Assembly (NCBI RefSeq): GCF_009914755.1
Contig: NC_060935.1
Source of the DNA: the human T2T-CHM13v2.0 reference genome, Homo sapiens
Strand: one strand, 5' to 3'
Length of the DNA stretch: 64,000 nucleotides
This document shows positions 1 through 15,483 of the stretch, in pieces. Numbering within the stretch: the stretch's first letter is position 1; each line of letters begins with the position of its first letter. The notes under the pieces are model-generated. The model was not told where the DNA came from, ran no database searches, and saw only the letters and a program-made list of their open reading frames with translations. Both the position numbers and the translations under genes were made by a program.

Positions 1-48
1 GGGCGACAGAGCAAGACTCCATCAGAGAAAAAAACGAACAAACAAAAG
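1..48 (+). mobile_element. Alu 3' end with A-rich tail (cut by window edge)
   Basis: gggcgacagagcaagactccatc followed by an A/CAAA tail matches the Alu right-arm terminus. Confidence 0.85.
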
Positions 49-333
49 CTATGTGCTAGGCAGGGTCCTATATGTGCATTATTCACTTCATCCTAACAAT
101 AAACCTGTAAGATAAGTATTTCCTCCATTTTACAAATGAAAACCTTTCATTTTGTAAATGAAGGCCCCAAACAAACAAGCAATTATATTAAGTGGTAGTG
201 CCAAGGGTCAGATGCAAATAGCTTAACTCCAAAGCTGACACTCTTAACAGCATCGCAGGTAATGCCTCTACACCTAGTGAGTAATCGAAGTCTGTCTGTT
301 TCTAATTCTCATGATCTAGATGTTTCATGAGAT

Positions 334-686
334 TGTATTAGTCCATTCTCACGCTGTTAATAAAGACATAACCAAGACTGGGTAATTCATAAAGGAAAGA
401 GGTTTAATTGACTCCCAGTTCAGCATGGCTGGGAGGCCTCAGGAAACTTACACTCATGGTGGAAGGGGAAGTAAACCCATGGTGGCAGGAAGGAGAATGA
501 GAACTGAGTAAAGAGGGAAGCCTCATATAAAACCATCAGATCTCATGAGAACTCACTATCATGAGAACAGTGTGGGGGAAACCACCCTCATGATTCAATT
601 ATCTCCACCTTGTCCTGCCCTTGACACATGGCGATTATTACAATTCAAGGTGAGATCTGAGTGGGGACACAGAGCCAAACAATACT
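334..686 (-). mobile_element. THE1-family MaLR solo LTR
   Basis: Starts tgtattagtccattctcac, ends gtggggacacagagccaaac; reverse complement of THE1/MST LTR termini; ~350 bp. Confidence 0.85.
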
Positions 687-1444
687 CTGAACAATAGAGT
701 TCAGAGTATTTTCCTTATGTGATGCTTAAATCCCTATCAACTACCCCTCAAAAACAGCTCCCTGGTGGCTCAGAGGCTAGAAGTTGGCCTGACTGGGGGT
801 ACAGGGGAGTAGAGGGCTGTGAAGGAAGGACTATGGGATAAGGGTGAAACCTGCTAAGGCCTGGATCTGACTTTATTCTGGGCTTGCCTGTTTCATGTAT
901 TCAGTTTGGATCTGGACATGGGTCTCTGAGGGAGATGGGCTTGTTGTCTTTGGGAGACATGGAACTGTGCCTTGAAATAAATGGTGCTTGCAGTGTGACT
1001 CCTTTCTACTCCTGTGCTATAGCTAAATGATGAGACAGGGTTTGTTGCAAATAAATCGGTTTTTTTTGTTGTTGTCGTTGAAAAAAAATCAGAGATGGTG
1101 CCCACCTTGGTGCTATAGCTCTGCCTGAGCGCATGTTCCATCAGAAAACTCAAAATGGTCCCCAAGTCTCAGATCCAGCTCACTCTCCTATGTCCCATCT
1201 GGACTTGTCCTATGTCTGGATGCCTGGACCTGAATCAAAGGGCTCCATCTTTGTCATTACTCTGAGGCATTCATTTCTATAACAGTGAGAGAACTCACTC
1301 ATGATAGTTTGCAGCTGAGCCTTTTTAATATCTTCAGCATGCCCTGAGATGAGGCTAGTCTAGGAAGAAAATCTGGGCAGAAGAGTCTGTAATAAAGGGG
1401 AGAAGACATGGCAGTTGGAATCTAAGGATGAGGTTTAATACTTG

Positions 1445-1846
1445 TGTATTAGTCTTCTAGGGCTGCCATAACAGGGTTCCATAGACTGGATGGCTTAAAC
1501 AGCAGGAATTGACTTCCTTATAGTTCTTGACGCTAGAAGCCCAAGATCAAGATCCAGGTATTTGCAGGGTTGGTTTCTTCTGAGGACTCTTTCCTTGGCC
1601 TTTAGCTGAGTGGCTTCTCCCTCTGTCTTCATGTGGTCTTCTGCCTGTGCATGTCTATGTCTAAATTTCTTCTTGCTGTAAGAACACCAGTCATATTGGA
1701 TTAGGGCCCATGATAATGACCTAATTTTACTTTAATTACTTATTTAAAGTCCCTGTATCCAAATATGCCACATTCTCTAAGGTTCTGAGGTTAGGACTTC
1801 AACATGAATTATGGCGGGGGGTTGGGGCACAATTCACCTCCTAACA
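1445..1846 (-). mobile_element. MLT1-family MaLR solo LTR inserted into a MIR
   Basis: tgtattagt...ggctgccataaca start and aattcacctcctaaca end; 5-bp TSD acttg at 1440-1444 and 1847-1851; MIR-like sequence on both sides. Confidence 0.85.
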
Positions 1847-4800
1847 ACTTGGCTCCATCACTTTTTAGTTGTATGACTTTAGACAATACATATAACTGCT
1901 CCAGTATTTATTTTCCCTTGATCTGTAAAATTGAACAAGAGTAAGACCTACCTCAAAGGATTATTGGAAAAGGTAAAGGAGATGAAACTACTACACTACA
2001 TTTGAACTGCAAATTTATTTTGCCTCTCAAGACTACAATAGAAACAGGGATGATGACATCCCTTAGAATCCTTGTCTCATTTTGGGCATCATACTTTAAT
2101 GTTAGAACATTGACAACTTGGAGTAACCAATTTTCGGGGAAATAGAATGATGAAGGGTCTGGAGTAGAGATCATTGAAAGAACAGTAAATATCTTGAGTA
2201 AGTCAAGATACTTACCTTGAAGAAGAAAAGATGGGGAGGGAAAATTGAGAAAACTGTCTTAAAAAATTTGTTTACTATTATGATGAAAGGGGGATGGAGT
2301 TAGTCTTTTTGGTTTCAGAGAGAAGATCCAATGATACAAATTTATAGGACAGGAGATTTAGGCCCAATAACAAGGAGTTTCTAGCAGTCAAAGCATCCAA
2401 ATTGGAGGTACCAAGTTTCCTATCTCAGAATGTGTAAGGCCCAGGGGCTTTTTTGAGCGTCTACTTTGCTAAACACAGTGATAAGCAATTTAACTTTGAG
2501 TCAGGTGGACAGGACAGATCCTGCCTTAAGTGGGAGGTTGGAATAGCTGGCCTCTGAAATGTCTTTTATTTTGAGAAGGTCACTCTCCTATAAATTATAT
2601 TGTCTATCAGAAAAGGTTGAAACTCACACAAGCACATTTAACTAATGGAGGCATCCTACAAGAAAACAAAGATTCTTGTAAAACTTATTACAGAAAGTAT
2701 AAGTGTCACATGAGGGACAGGGACTGGAGACCAAAGAGTTTTCAAGGATAGAAGTAATTTCTGTCTCTTTCTTATTGTGTACAGCTTTCAAATGGCTCCT
2801 TTAGGCTCAGAATACAATTCACCTTCTAGATCCAGCACACTCAACTCATCAATCAGAACTGACTTTCAACTCCTAAAAGACTCAGCTTCAGTTTGGTACA
2901 CACCCTTAGAACAATGAGCTATGGCAAGGACAGGCTGGGATGGAGGGATTACATGGTTCAGAGAGCTGTAGCAACCCACACTTACAGGACTGAGCCAAAG
3001 CTTTTAGAGCATAAATGTGGGCTGGGTAGCTGCACTAAACGTATTTGGCATTAGGATTTCTCAGATACCTAGATAGAGATTTTTTTTTTTTTTTGCCTCT
3101 TCAGAGATTCTGATTTAGTAGGTACTGGGTAGAGTTTGGGAATCTATATCTTTGAACTGTTCTCATGGATGATCCTAGTATGAACCATCATACTATATTA
3201 TGATTCTGCACTTCATGTTGCTAACTTCCCCATATCTTAGTCAAAATGTACCTTCTATTTCATAGGAATGTATTTGTACCTCTCATATGACATGTGGAAA
3301 ATTATTCTTACTAAAATTTTGTCTTATATTTCCAACTTAGTTATGTAGTCCTGGAGGGCACAGATTATTTTTTCCTCATATTGCCAAGTCCTGCAGCATT
3401 TAACACAGTGCCAGCACAGTGTTGACTTCTCATAGAATCAATATGGTTCTGAGAACCTACAGAATGCTACATTAATAGGATGTTTTCCACCTTCTCAACC
3501 TAGGTGGGAAACCCACTCAGAAAATGCCTAGTTGCTCTGTGATTCAACATAGCTGGGTAGTCAGGCTGGGATGAGGGTGATTAATTACAAGCGGCATGCT
3601 GTGCTGCCCCAGAGGCTGGTAGCCTATGTTACATAGTCAATTAGCTACCAGACACAATCATCTAAGTTGTTATTTATTACTGGGTATGTCTGAGCCGTGA
3701 ATCCTGTGAGGCAGAGAACAAGTGAGGGGATCTGTCACTGTGGGCCTCCAGGCAGAAAAAGCAGAGACTATGGAGGAGGACCAAGAACTCCTGAGCCAGG
3801 CAGCTGGAGAGGTTCCAAGTCCTCCCACCTACGGTTCAATACAGAAGATGAGGAGGAGCCAAACAGATTTAGTTGACCAGAATGTGCAAGGCACCAGAGA
3901 AGCCCCAGGGATAGAGAATACAGAAATGAAAAGTCTACAAGCTGACGGGTAAAAAAGAGGCATATACTTGAGAAACGGCATACACAGTAGAGGTTCAAGT
4001 AGATGTACCTGACTACAGTAGATGGGCTGTAGATGAGGAATCAAAAAACGGATCATGAGTGGTGTAGATCATCATTGTTGGAAGAGCAAAGGACATTACT
4101 TTGGACAAGTGTGACCTGGAAGGGGGTGGAATTTCAGCCAGACTGTGAGGATAAAGGGAAGGGAATTGCAGGAAAGAAGGAAAAAGAAAGCTTGAACGGC
4201 ACAGGCACCTCCTCTCAGACATTGTATCAGATATTGTGAAAGACAGTGCTACGTAGTGGTAACGGTGTAGACACTGGGGCTAGATTCAACCTGACTTTGA
4301 AAATCCTGATTCTGCCACTTACCTTGGGCTAATTTCTTAGCCCATCTGGGGCTGTTTCCTAATCAGTGAAAATTGGGAAAAGATATTCATCCCAATGTGT
4401 GGTTTCAAGAATGAATTGAGATAATCATGTATGTGGAACACTTGGCAGGTAGTCAGAAAGTGGTAGCTCCTGTCAGAATTTTTGCTGTCCAAAACAGACC
4501 CACAAAACTGTCTTATCCATTCTGCAGATGAGGAAAACTGAGGCTTAAAGAAATGATATCATTTACCCAAAATGACAAGCTGGGAGCAGCACAATCAGAA
4601 TTTAAACTCATGTCTGTTTGACTCCAAGGTGCATGCCTTTACCATCTTGAAAAGAATGGGGCAACACAGCAAAAATACAGACACTTTAAGGTATATATAT
4701 ATGAAGTGTGTGAGTCCCATATCAAATTTTTGGAGCTTTGCCAAAATGGTAGGTGAACAATGTTTTCTTCAGTGTAGCCATAATTTGTATTTTTTCTTTT

Positions 4801-5472
4801 TTTTTCTTTTAACTCATCTGTATTTGTTACAACTATAAGAAGAATGTGACTCGAGCACTACATTTCCATCCACAAGACCGGGTCTGAGTTATTTTTAAAC
4901 AGCTTTATGATATGCTTAGGTAGGCTTATAACTTTGCTCCTCCAAACAATACTTTTCTTTGGAAAACAAGCCCTGTGGAGAGATCCTTCCATCAAGTTGC
5001 TTCAGTTTAACCTATTTCTAGAGGACTAGTACATGCAGAATTGTCAACTATAGGGGATGAAAAGTTCAAAAAGTAGATCCTACAAGATGTAACAAATACT
5101 TTTCTAAACATCAAGGTATAGCTCAGGAACACTTCGATAACAAGATTTGGTCTACTTAGGAATCCGGCTTGACAGCTAAACACTTTAGACCACAAAGTTA
5201 ACATCATGTTACATACATCTTACAACGCACGTTACCCCAATCTGTGAAAATAAACCGACGTGAAACTCAAAAAGCATTACTAGCTCTGCTTTAGTGCCTA
5301 AGGTATCACAGCATCACTTAGTAGACAGAAATCTTATCTTCCCCTTAAAGTAGTTGTTGTCATGCCGTACAGACTTTTTAATATTAACAAAAATAAAGAA
5401 AAACATCCTTGAATATATATTATCGGAGGAATTGTAGAGTATTGAACAGTTAAGTCATCCCTTAGCCAGAGG

Positions 5473-5973
5473 TTAGTCTACTTCTTCCATGCATGATGTG
5501 TCGTCATCTCCTTCGAGGGGCGGCATTTCTTCAGTTACAGCAGCACTGGTATCATCAGCAGCAGGATCATCTTCATCAATACCCAGACCAAGTTTGATCA
5601 TCCTGTAGGTCCTGTTAGCATGTGTCTGGGGATCTTCCAGACTGAAGCCAGAAGACAGGAGTGCAGTTTCGTAAAGCAAGATGAGCAGATCCTTCACAGA
5701 CTTGTCATTCTTATCAGCCTCTGCCTTTTGCCTTAAGGTCTCAATAATGGAATCATCAGGATTTATCTCCAGGTGTTTCTTGGCTGCCATATAACCCATT
5801 GTTGAGTTGTCTCTTAGGGCTTGAGCTTTCATGATTCTCTCCATGTTTTCTGTCCAGCCATATGTGCTTGTGACAATACAGCATGGAGACGTCACCAATC
5901 GGTTTGACACAACCACCTTTTCAACTTTTTTCTCCAATATGTCTTTCATGGTTTTGCAGAGGTTCTCAAACAT
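5473..5973 (-). pseudogene. HSP90 retrocopy segment 3: C-terminal dimerisation domain ending MEEVD (166-aa ORF)
   Basis: FENLCK...[17 protein letters not shown]...MEEVD-stop; frame shifted relative to segment 2 by one missing A in an A-run near 5976-5981. Confidence 0.9.
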
Positions 5974-5987
5974 TGTTTTTTCTCTTC

Positions 5988-6635
5988 CTATTTCTTTTTC
6001 TTTTCTTCATCCTCTGGAAGTTCCAGGCCTTCTTTGGTGACTGGCACTAAAGTCTTCCCCTCAAATTCCTTCAGCTGTTGGACACAGTACTCATCAATGG
6101 GCTCAATCATATAGATCACTTCTAAGCCATGTTTCCCAAGACGTTCCACAAAGGCTGAGTTAGCTACCTGGTCCTTGGTCTCACCTGTGATATAATAGAT
6201 ATGTTTCTGTTTTTCCTTCATTCTGGTGCAGTAGTCCTTGAGAGAAACCATCTCATCACCAGAGGCAGACGTGTAGTACCTTAACAGCTCTGAAAGCTTC
6301 TTCCGATTTTGAGAGTCTTCTTGTATTCCAAGCTTTATGTTTTTAGAGAACTGCTCATAGAATTTCTTGCAGTTCTCTTTATCTTCCGCCAGTTCTGTAA
6401 AGAGTTCTAAGCATTTTTTGACCAAATTTTTCCTGATAACTTTCAAAATTTTACTTTGTTGCAACATCTCACGGGAAATGTTTAGAGGGAGATCCTCCGA
6501 GTCTACCACCCCTCTAATGAAGTTCAGATATTCAGGGATTAGCTCCTCACAGTTATCCATGATGAAATCTCTGCGTACATACAATTTGATGTTGTTCTTT
6601 TTCTTTCTGTTTTCAAACAGGTCAAAAGGAGCACG
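5988..6635 (-). pseudogene. HSP90 retrocopy segment 2: middle domain, same frame as segment 1, ending at a second nonsense codon
   Basis: RAPFDLFEN...[14 protein letters not shown]...[11 protein letters not shown] then TAG (parent Gln, CAG>TAG). Confidence 0.9.
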
Positions 6636-9010
<2,375 letters not shown>

Positions 9011-10167
9011 CAATATAAAATGTTTTTTGAAGGAAGTCTTTTGGGACTAATGATCTGTGGGACCATTTTGGGAAATTCTACTTGACTTTGTGCATCCCCT
9101 GTACTCCAAATAATGTGTGTCCTAGGAGGGGAAATGACATTTCCACAGAGCAGTCAGAGACCCTATACAAAAGGGAGGAAGAAGGCTCCCCTTTTGCCTT
9201 TGGAAGAATTGGGTCATTTCGATCCCATTCTGCAATGTATAGAAGCACTCGTAGAATATTCAAACTGGAAGATTGCTAAAAGATCAAGCTATTGAATCCT
9301 CTGATGCAAATGATGAGAAAATAGATGACCAGAGAGAGAAAGTGACCTACCGAGGTTGGGCAGAGTATAGGTTCTGGCTTATATTGATGGATGTCCAGGG
9401 CTTCCCTCAGCAGAGCTTCCTAGGCAGCAGCAATAGGCAACACCCTCCTATTCTGTCCCAAATTCCACTTTGTCACTTGCCAGATACTATGTCACCTACA
9501 GCATATACACTGGTCCTTTTGACCCTACACATTCCCATCCTCTGACCCTACATGATCTTGGCTAACCTGCCTTCCTATACCAGCAGAACCTGTATTTCTT
9601 TTTTAGACCCTGACAAATGTTAGGTCAATTTGTCAGTGCATTTGTAGTCAAAATTTGGTTGTCTAGATGTGGATGAACCCTGGCGTAGGTGCAATAGGAA
9701 CCTGAAATGAGATTATCTCCCCAAAGGGCTTTAGAAAATTTGGAGTTGCTGCTCTAGTTGAAAAGGAACAGGATCCAGATCTCCACCTTATTCTGCCTCA
9801 TGTTTAATCCCCTAGCCCTTCCCATCTCACATAATAGAAGTTTAACAGTGGAATTGCTTTAAGCCTGACTTAGAACTATTGATAATTCTTCAATTCTTCT
9901 CAGATTTCCATGATGATCTCCTTCCCTCTCTACTCCCCATATCTTGGTTAATCAGTAGTTTACCACAGTTTACCATAAAGTTTATCTAGTGATAATAGTC
10001 ACACCTACAACCATTTTTTCCGTATGACCTGGTGGAAGAAGCACTGATTTGGGGAGTCAAGAGGCTTGGTCTAAAGTTTTGCTCTGATGTTTACTAGTTG
10101 CATGACCTGAAGACAGTCACCTAAGCTCTCAGGGCTGTTTCCTCCTCTATAAAATGAGAATATAATA

Positions 10168-10246
10168 TTAAGTTAGAAAATATGAAAATCCTATTTTTGC
10201 AGGTCAAAGATAACCTAATATCAGCAACTTATATGGTTCAACCTAA
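10168..10246. mobile_element. MADE2-like Mariner-derived miniature element inside a MIR
   Basis: ~80 bp with terminal inverted repeats ttaagttagaaaatatgaaa / ttatatggttcaacctaa and core tttttgcaggtcaaa; preceded by TA. Confidence 0.75.
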
Positions 10247-10467
10247 TGGTGCCTGCCCTATTCACTACATAGAGAATTGTGAGGAGTAAAGGAAACAGTG
10301 AGCATGAGGGATGTCATTGAGATGCTTCAAATATTTTACATATGTAATGGATTATCATTTTTCTCTTTCCCAGGGTACTTGTCATTTAAAATTAGGCACT
10401 TAACAATTCAAAGAAAATGATCCATAATGGCAGAATTTCAAATAGACTTAAATATTCATATACCTTA

Positions 10468-10939
10468 CATGGTAAACTGAATAATGGCCTCCCAAAAGCG
10501 TACATATCCTGATCCACAGAACCTGTGAATGTTACTTTATATGGCAAAAAGGACTTGTCTGTATTAGGGATAATCTTGGACTATCTGGATGGGCTTGATG
10601 TAATCACATCTGACCTTATAAGAGAGATGCAAGGGAGTCAGAGTAATAGGAGACTATGATGTGATGATGGAAGCAGGGACTAGACTGATGCACTTTGAAG
10701 ATCAAGGAAGGGACCACAAGCTAACGAACACAGGCAGCCTCTAGACACCTAAAAATGCAAAGAAATGGATATTCCTCTAGAATCTCCAGAAGGAACCAGC
10801 CCTGCCAACACATTGATTTTACCCCTGTAAAATTCATTTCTGACTGCTGGCCTCCAGGATTATAAAGGAGTAAATTTTTGTTACATTAAGCCACTATGTT
10901 TGTGGTTAATCGTTACAGCAGCCATAGGAAACTAATATG
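10468..10939 (+). mobile_element. MLT1 (MLT1D-like) solo LTR
   Basis: tggtaaactgaataatggcctcccaaa start; gttacagcagccataggaaactaata end. Confidence 0.8.
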
Positions 10940-11175
10940 CCCTATGACCTAGCCATTTAACTCCTAGGTACATAACTAAGATAAACTGTTTCAGATCCAT
11001 GCCAGGAGACATAGGGTAACATTCACAGATGCACTGGCCACAATAGCAATAATGAAGAAAACTCAAAATCCATCACTGAGAGAGTGAATGAATGAACTCT
11101 AATAAAATATTACTTGGCAGTCAAAATATATGAACTATAGTAATATGAAAAAAATTGGATGAATCTTAGCAATAT

Positions 11176-11829
11176 ATTTTTATGTTTATTTTTGTTTTGT
11201 TTATTTTGAAACCATCTCAAACTTACAGAAAAGTTGCAAGTACGGTACAAATGCCATTTTTTTCTGACCCATTTGAGAATAAGTTGCCAATCTGCTGCTC
11301 CATCACCCATGAATACTTTAGGATATATTTTCTACATACAAGGGCATTCTCTTACATAACCACAATACAACCGTCAAAATCAGGAAATTGCGTTAATATT
11401 CAACCACTACGTAACTCTCAAACTTCATTTAAGTTTTGTCAGTTGTTCCAAAAATACCTTTCAGAGCATAAGAGTCTGGTTCAGAATTGCACTTTGCATT
11501 TGCTTGTCATGTCCTTTTAGTCTCCTTCATTTGGAGCAGTTCTTCAATTTTTCTTTGACTTTCATGACCTTTACATTTTTTGGAGATTACACAAGAGTTA
11601 TTTCATAGACTGTCCCTCAGTGTGGGACTTTGGTCTGCTGAGTCTCATGATTAGATTGAAGTTACGTATTTTTGCCAAGGATATCCCAGAAGCAATGCTG
11701 TGTTCTTTTCATTGCATCCTATCGAGCACATGATTTTGATTTGTCCCATTACTGATGAGGTTCACTTTGCTCCCTTGATTAAAATGGTGTCTGCCAGCCT
11801 TCTCTACTGTGAAGTTACCCTTTTCCCCT
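11176..11829 (-). mobile_element. L1MC-type 3' fragment nested in an older L1M
   Basis: ttttgaaaccatctcaaacttacagaaaagttgcaag L1MC 3' signature; flanked by direct repeat ttagcaatat (11166-11175, 11830-11839). Confidence 0.7.
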
Positions 11830-14314
11830 TTAGCAATATGATTTTAAATAAAAGTAGGAAGCCCAGAGATTATAACCCTTTTATGAAGTTAAAAATAACT
11901 AATTTTTAAAAAATGCTTATTAGGAATAAATATACATGAGATAAAACCACATAGAAAAGCAAAGGAATGACAAACACAGAATTCACGTTGGCAAATACAT
12001 CACATGGAAGGAGGTATGAAGAAGGAAGAAGGAATACATGAGTATATGCAAGTTATTCCAAAGTTCCTGGTGTCTATGTTGGGTGGTGAATTCATATATT
12101 GTTTAAAAATCGACAAGGTAAAAAAGAAAAGAAGGCCATGCTTGGACCAATGCAAGAGTGACTTGAGAACCATGGATTATGATTAATTCTATGTGCTTAG
12201 GGTCTAATAACAAAACTGAACAGATTGTTTGATAGGTTGGTAGTGTAGAGATACCAGAGAGTGAAAGAGAAGAACTTCTAAAATCACTCCAATAACCACT
12301 GTCCCCAGCCCCAACCATACTTTTCTACTTTCTGGGTCATGGCTAACTGGTATGAGCCCAGAGAATGACTGTACAGAGTCAACAAAGCTACTAAAGCTTA
12401 GAATATTTTCATAATAAAATATAGGAAAATTTATCTCCTTCCTGGAGCAATTTTGTATCCCCAGAACATTTGCATTTTTCCAACTTCATTTCCCTCTTGC
12501 AAGAACACATGTGAACTTCGCATCCCTCTACCTCTTCCAGTCCCTGGCTCTTGCTTGTATGGGTTTAGCACAGTTGACACAGACAGGTCTTTATTGGAAA
12601 AAGTCCTGGGTTCTAATCCCAGTTGCATCTATAGTTGCTGAATGACCCAAGGCAAATTATTTTCTTTCCATGGGCCTCAATTTATTCAGTTGGTATTATA
12701 CACCCTCTTCTTTGCCACATACATTCTGACTTAGTAGATCTGGGTATAGCCTAGGCAGGTACATTTTTAAAAAGCTACTCAAGCAGGAATCACTGTGCTT
12801 GTTGACCTCTGTATCTCATTCACACACCAAGGTTCTTACTGTAATGCTTTAATGCTTTTGTTTTTCTGGGAGTTTCACTCTGTGGTTGATACTCATTGGG
12901 CTGGGTCTTTCTCTGGGAAATGGCCATATCCCACAGAGATAGGAAGCCAAATTTCTGCCCTGCAAATCTCACCCTTTGTTGTAGCCAATTTGTCTGGGAG
13001 TTGTCACCTGACTCAAAATAGGTCAATTATAGCCACTTTCCTAGAAATTTGGAAGTGGGATAAAGAAATTCCAGTCTCACTCTAGTCATTCCCATGAGTC
13101 TCAAGGGAGATTTCTGCATTGTAACACTGAGTAACAGAGAAAAGTTTCAGAAAAAAGTTGATGCACTGAAAGAAGAGGAGATGGGAGATGAGAAGTGCAT
13201 GCTGAGTTCTCCATTGTTTTTGATTTATTGGTTCCATTCCCTATAGATGCCTGACTTTCTTCCTACCTTTGGATACATGAGATAATGAGACAATAAAGTC
13301 TTCTTTATTTTGCTTAAGTTGCCTCCTTAGAGATAATTTGCATAGTGCATGGTCTCTCCTGCTCGGCTTTCATCCTGGACAGGAAGAATTTCATTTAGCC
13401 TAATGGGCTATACAGACTTAATAGCTATAGTTAGAAAACAAACAGCTGACCTGGGGCATGAGGGCAGGGAAATCAGAGGGATGTAAAAGTGAGCTAAAAT
13501 CCTTAGCTTGTCAGGGGGAGATCGAAATGTATTAATTCTACACATTAGAAACGTGTATTTGAGTAGGTACGGTAAAATGTTCAAGATAACCAGTAGAAAG
13601 ATGGACATAAAATGTATACTTTTCAAATAAGTACAGTAAAACAAAAGTAAAAGAGTTTTAGACCTTTTGATAGTATATAGCTCCCCATTAGAGAAACACA
13701 AACAGAAATATGAAGACTCCTTCAATGAAAAGAGCAATGATATCAAATCAATAACAAGATTGACATGTTTGCCCTACTGAATTTACAAGCAAAAAAACAA
13801 ACAAACAAAAATGTTAATGTCCAATGTTACCTAGAGTATGGAGAAATAAACTCCTGGTGTGTATATATATTGTTACAATATTTCTAGAAGGGAAATTTGA
13901 CAACATTTGCCAAAAACCATGATTTACATAATGTACTTTAACTTTTAACCTCAAAATTCCACTTTTAGGAATGTTTCCTAAAGAAATAATTAAGAATATA
14001 ATTTAAAGTATTTATTCTAGCATGAATAATATTAAAATAATCAAAATGTTCCAAATTATAATATTGTTACAGTAAATCATGCTACTTTCATACTTCAGAA
14101 TTGTATGTAGTCATTATCCATTATAATGTAAGTTAGCATTTTATTAGCATCAAAAGCAAAGACATTCATAATGGCATAAGAAATAGCAAGATGCAAAGCA
14201 AGTGTACTGAGTTGTTATAAATTAACATATATCTCTATATACATAGAAAAAAAATGTGGGGAAGGGTTCAGACCATGGTATTAAGTGATATGTTTTTCTT
14301 TCAGTAATAAGCTT

Positions 14315-14671
14315 TGCATTAGTTCGTTCTCACACTGCTATGAAGAAATACCCAACATTGGGTAATTTATAAAGAAAAGAGGTTTAATTGACTCACAGTT
14401 CCACATGGCTGGGGAGGCCTCAGGAAAATTATAATCATGGCAGAAGGCACCTCTTCACAGGATGGCAGGAGAGAGAATGAGGGCCAAGTGAAGGGGGAAG
14501 CCTCTTAGAAAACCATCAGGTCTCATGAGAACTCACTCACTATCATGAGAACAACATGGGGGAAACTGTCCCCATGATTCAGTTATCTCCACCTGGTCCT
14601 GCCCTTGACATGTGGGGATTATTATAATTCAAGGTGAGATTTGGGTGGGAACATAGAGCCAAGCCATATCA
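14315..14671 (-). mobile_element. THE1-family solo LTR
   Basis: Complete termini tgcattagt...ccatatca; 5-bp TSD agctt (14310-14314, 14672-14676). Confidence 0.92.
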
Positions 14672-15130
14672 AGCTTGATGTTCATTTTCTTCTTTTTGAT
14701 TGTGTTTCACAGTGGCACCTTTTATGATAATAATACCTTTTTCAATAGTTTAGACTTAGAGTTGACCCAGAGCTTTCATACTCATGATGCCATTTGAGCT
14801 GTGTAACACTGCAGGGAGTTCAAGAGGGAAAATACTATCACCATCTACTCTTACTCACAAGAAAATGGACAGAGTTAGTAAGGAGCAAAACTGGCATTAA
14901 TCACCAGGTCTTCTTCCTCTAGGGCCAGTACTCTCCCCACTGCCCCATGAGAGAATAGCACAATAGTATGCCTAAACTCTCAACAGTTAAGCAAATTGAA
15001 ACATCAATACATATGACACATTAAATACATATAAGTCTGTGGACACAATAGGAAAGAATGCTAATTAAGAACAAAAGAAAACCACAAGGCATATACATAG
15101 GATTTGTAGCTGTATAAAAAAAGTATGGAT

Positions 15131-15154
15131 ACACACACACACACACACACACAC
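15131..15154. repeat. (AC)12 microsatellite
   Basis: Direct reading. Confidence 0.95.
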
Positions 15155-15370
15155 ATACGTTGGGGAGGTCACAATCGTCTTGGAAATATACTTATAGGAA
15201 TACTAAGAGAGTTTGGCATTTTGTGTGTAAAATTTTGGAAATACATTACTTTCAAAGTGGGCAGTGTAGGTAGAACTAAGTTTTGCCAAACACATGGGCA
15301 AGTCAGAGGATAAGAAATCAGATAAAATTAAATACAAGGAAGGGCAAGGGATTGGAATGAAGCATGAGGG

Positions 15371-15483
15371 CAGGGTGGCCAATTGTTCTTGTTCTCCCTG
15401 GACAGAGCAGTTTTCTGGAACCAGGGATTTCAGTGCTAAAACTGGGAAAGCCCTGAGCAAAATGGGACAAGTTGGTCCCCCTA
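15371..15483. mobile_element. MER81-like hAT miniature element
   Basis: cagggtggccaa...agttggtcccccta termini; internal ttcagtgctaaaactgggaaag. Confidence 0.6.

Noticed and set aside
3722-4239. Cluster of short overlapping ORFs in purine-rich sequence
   Set aside because: No recognisable domain, splice structure or promoter; lengths are as expected by chance.
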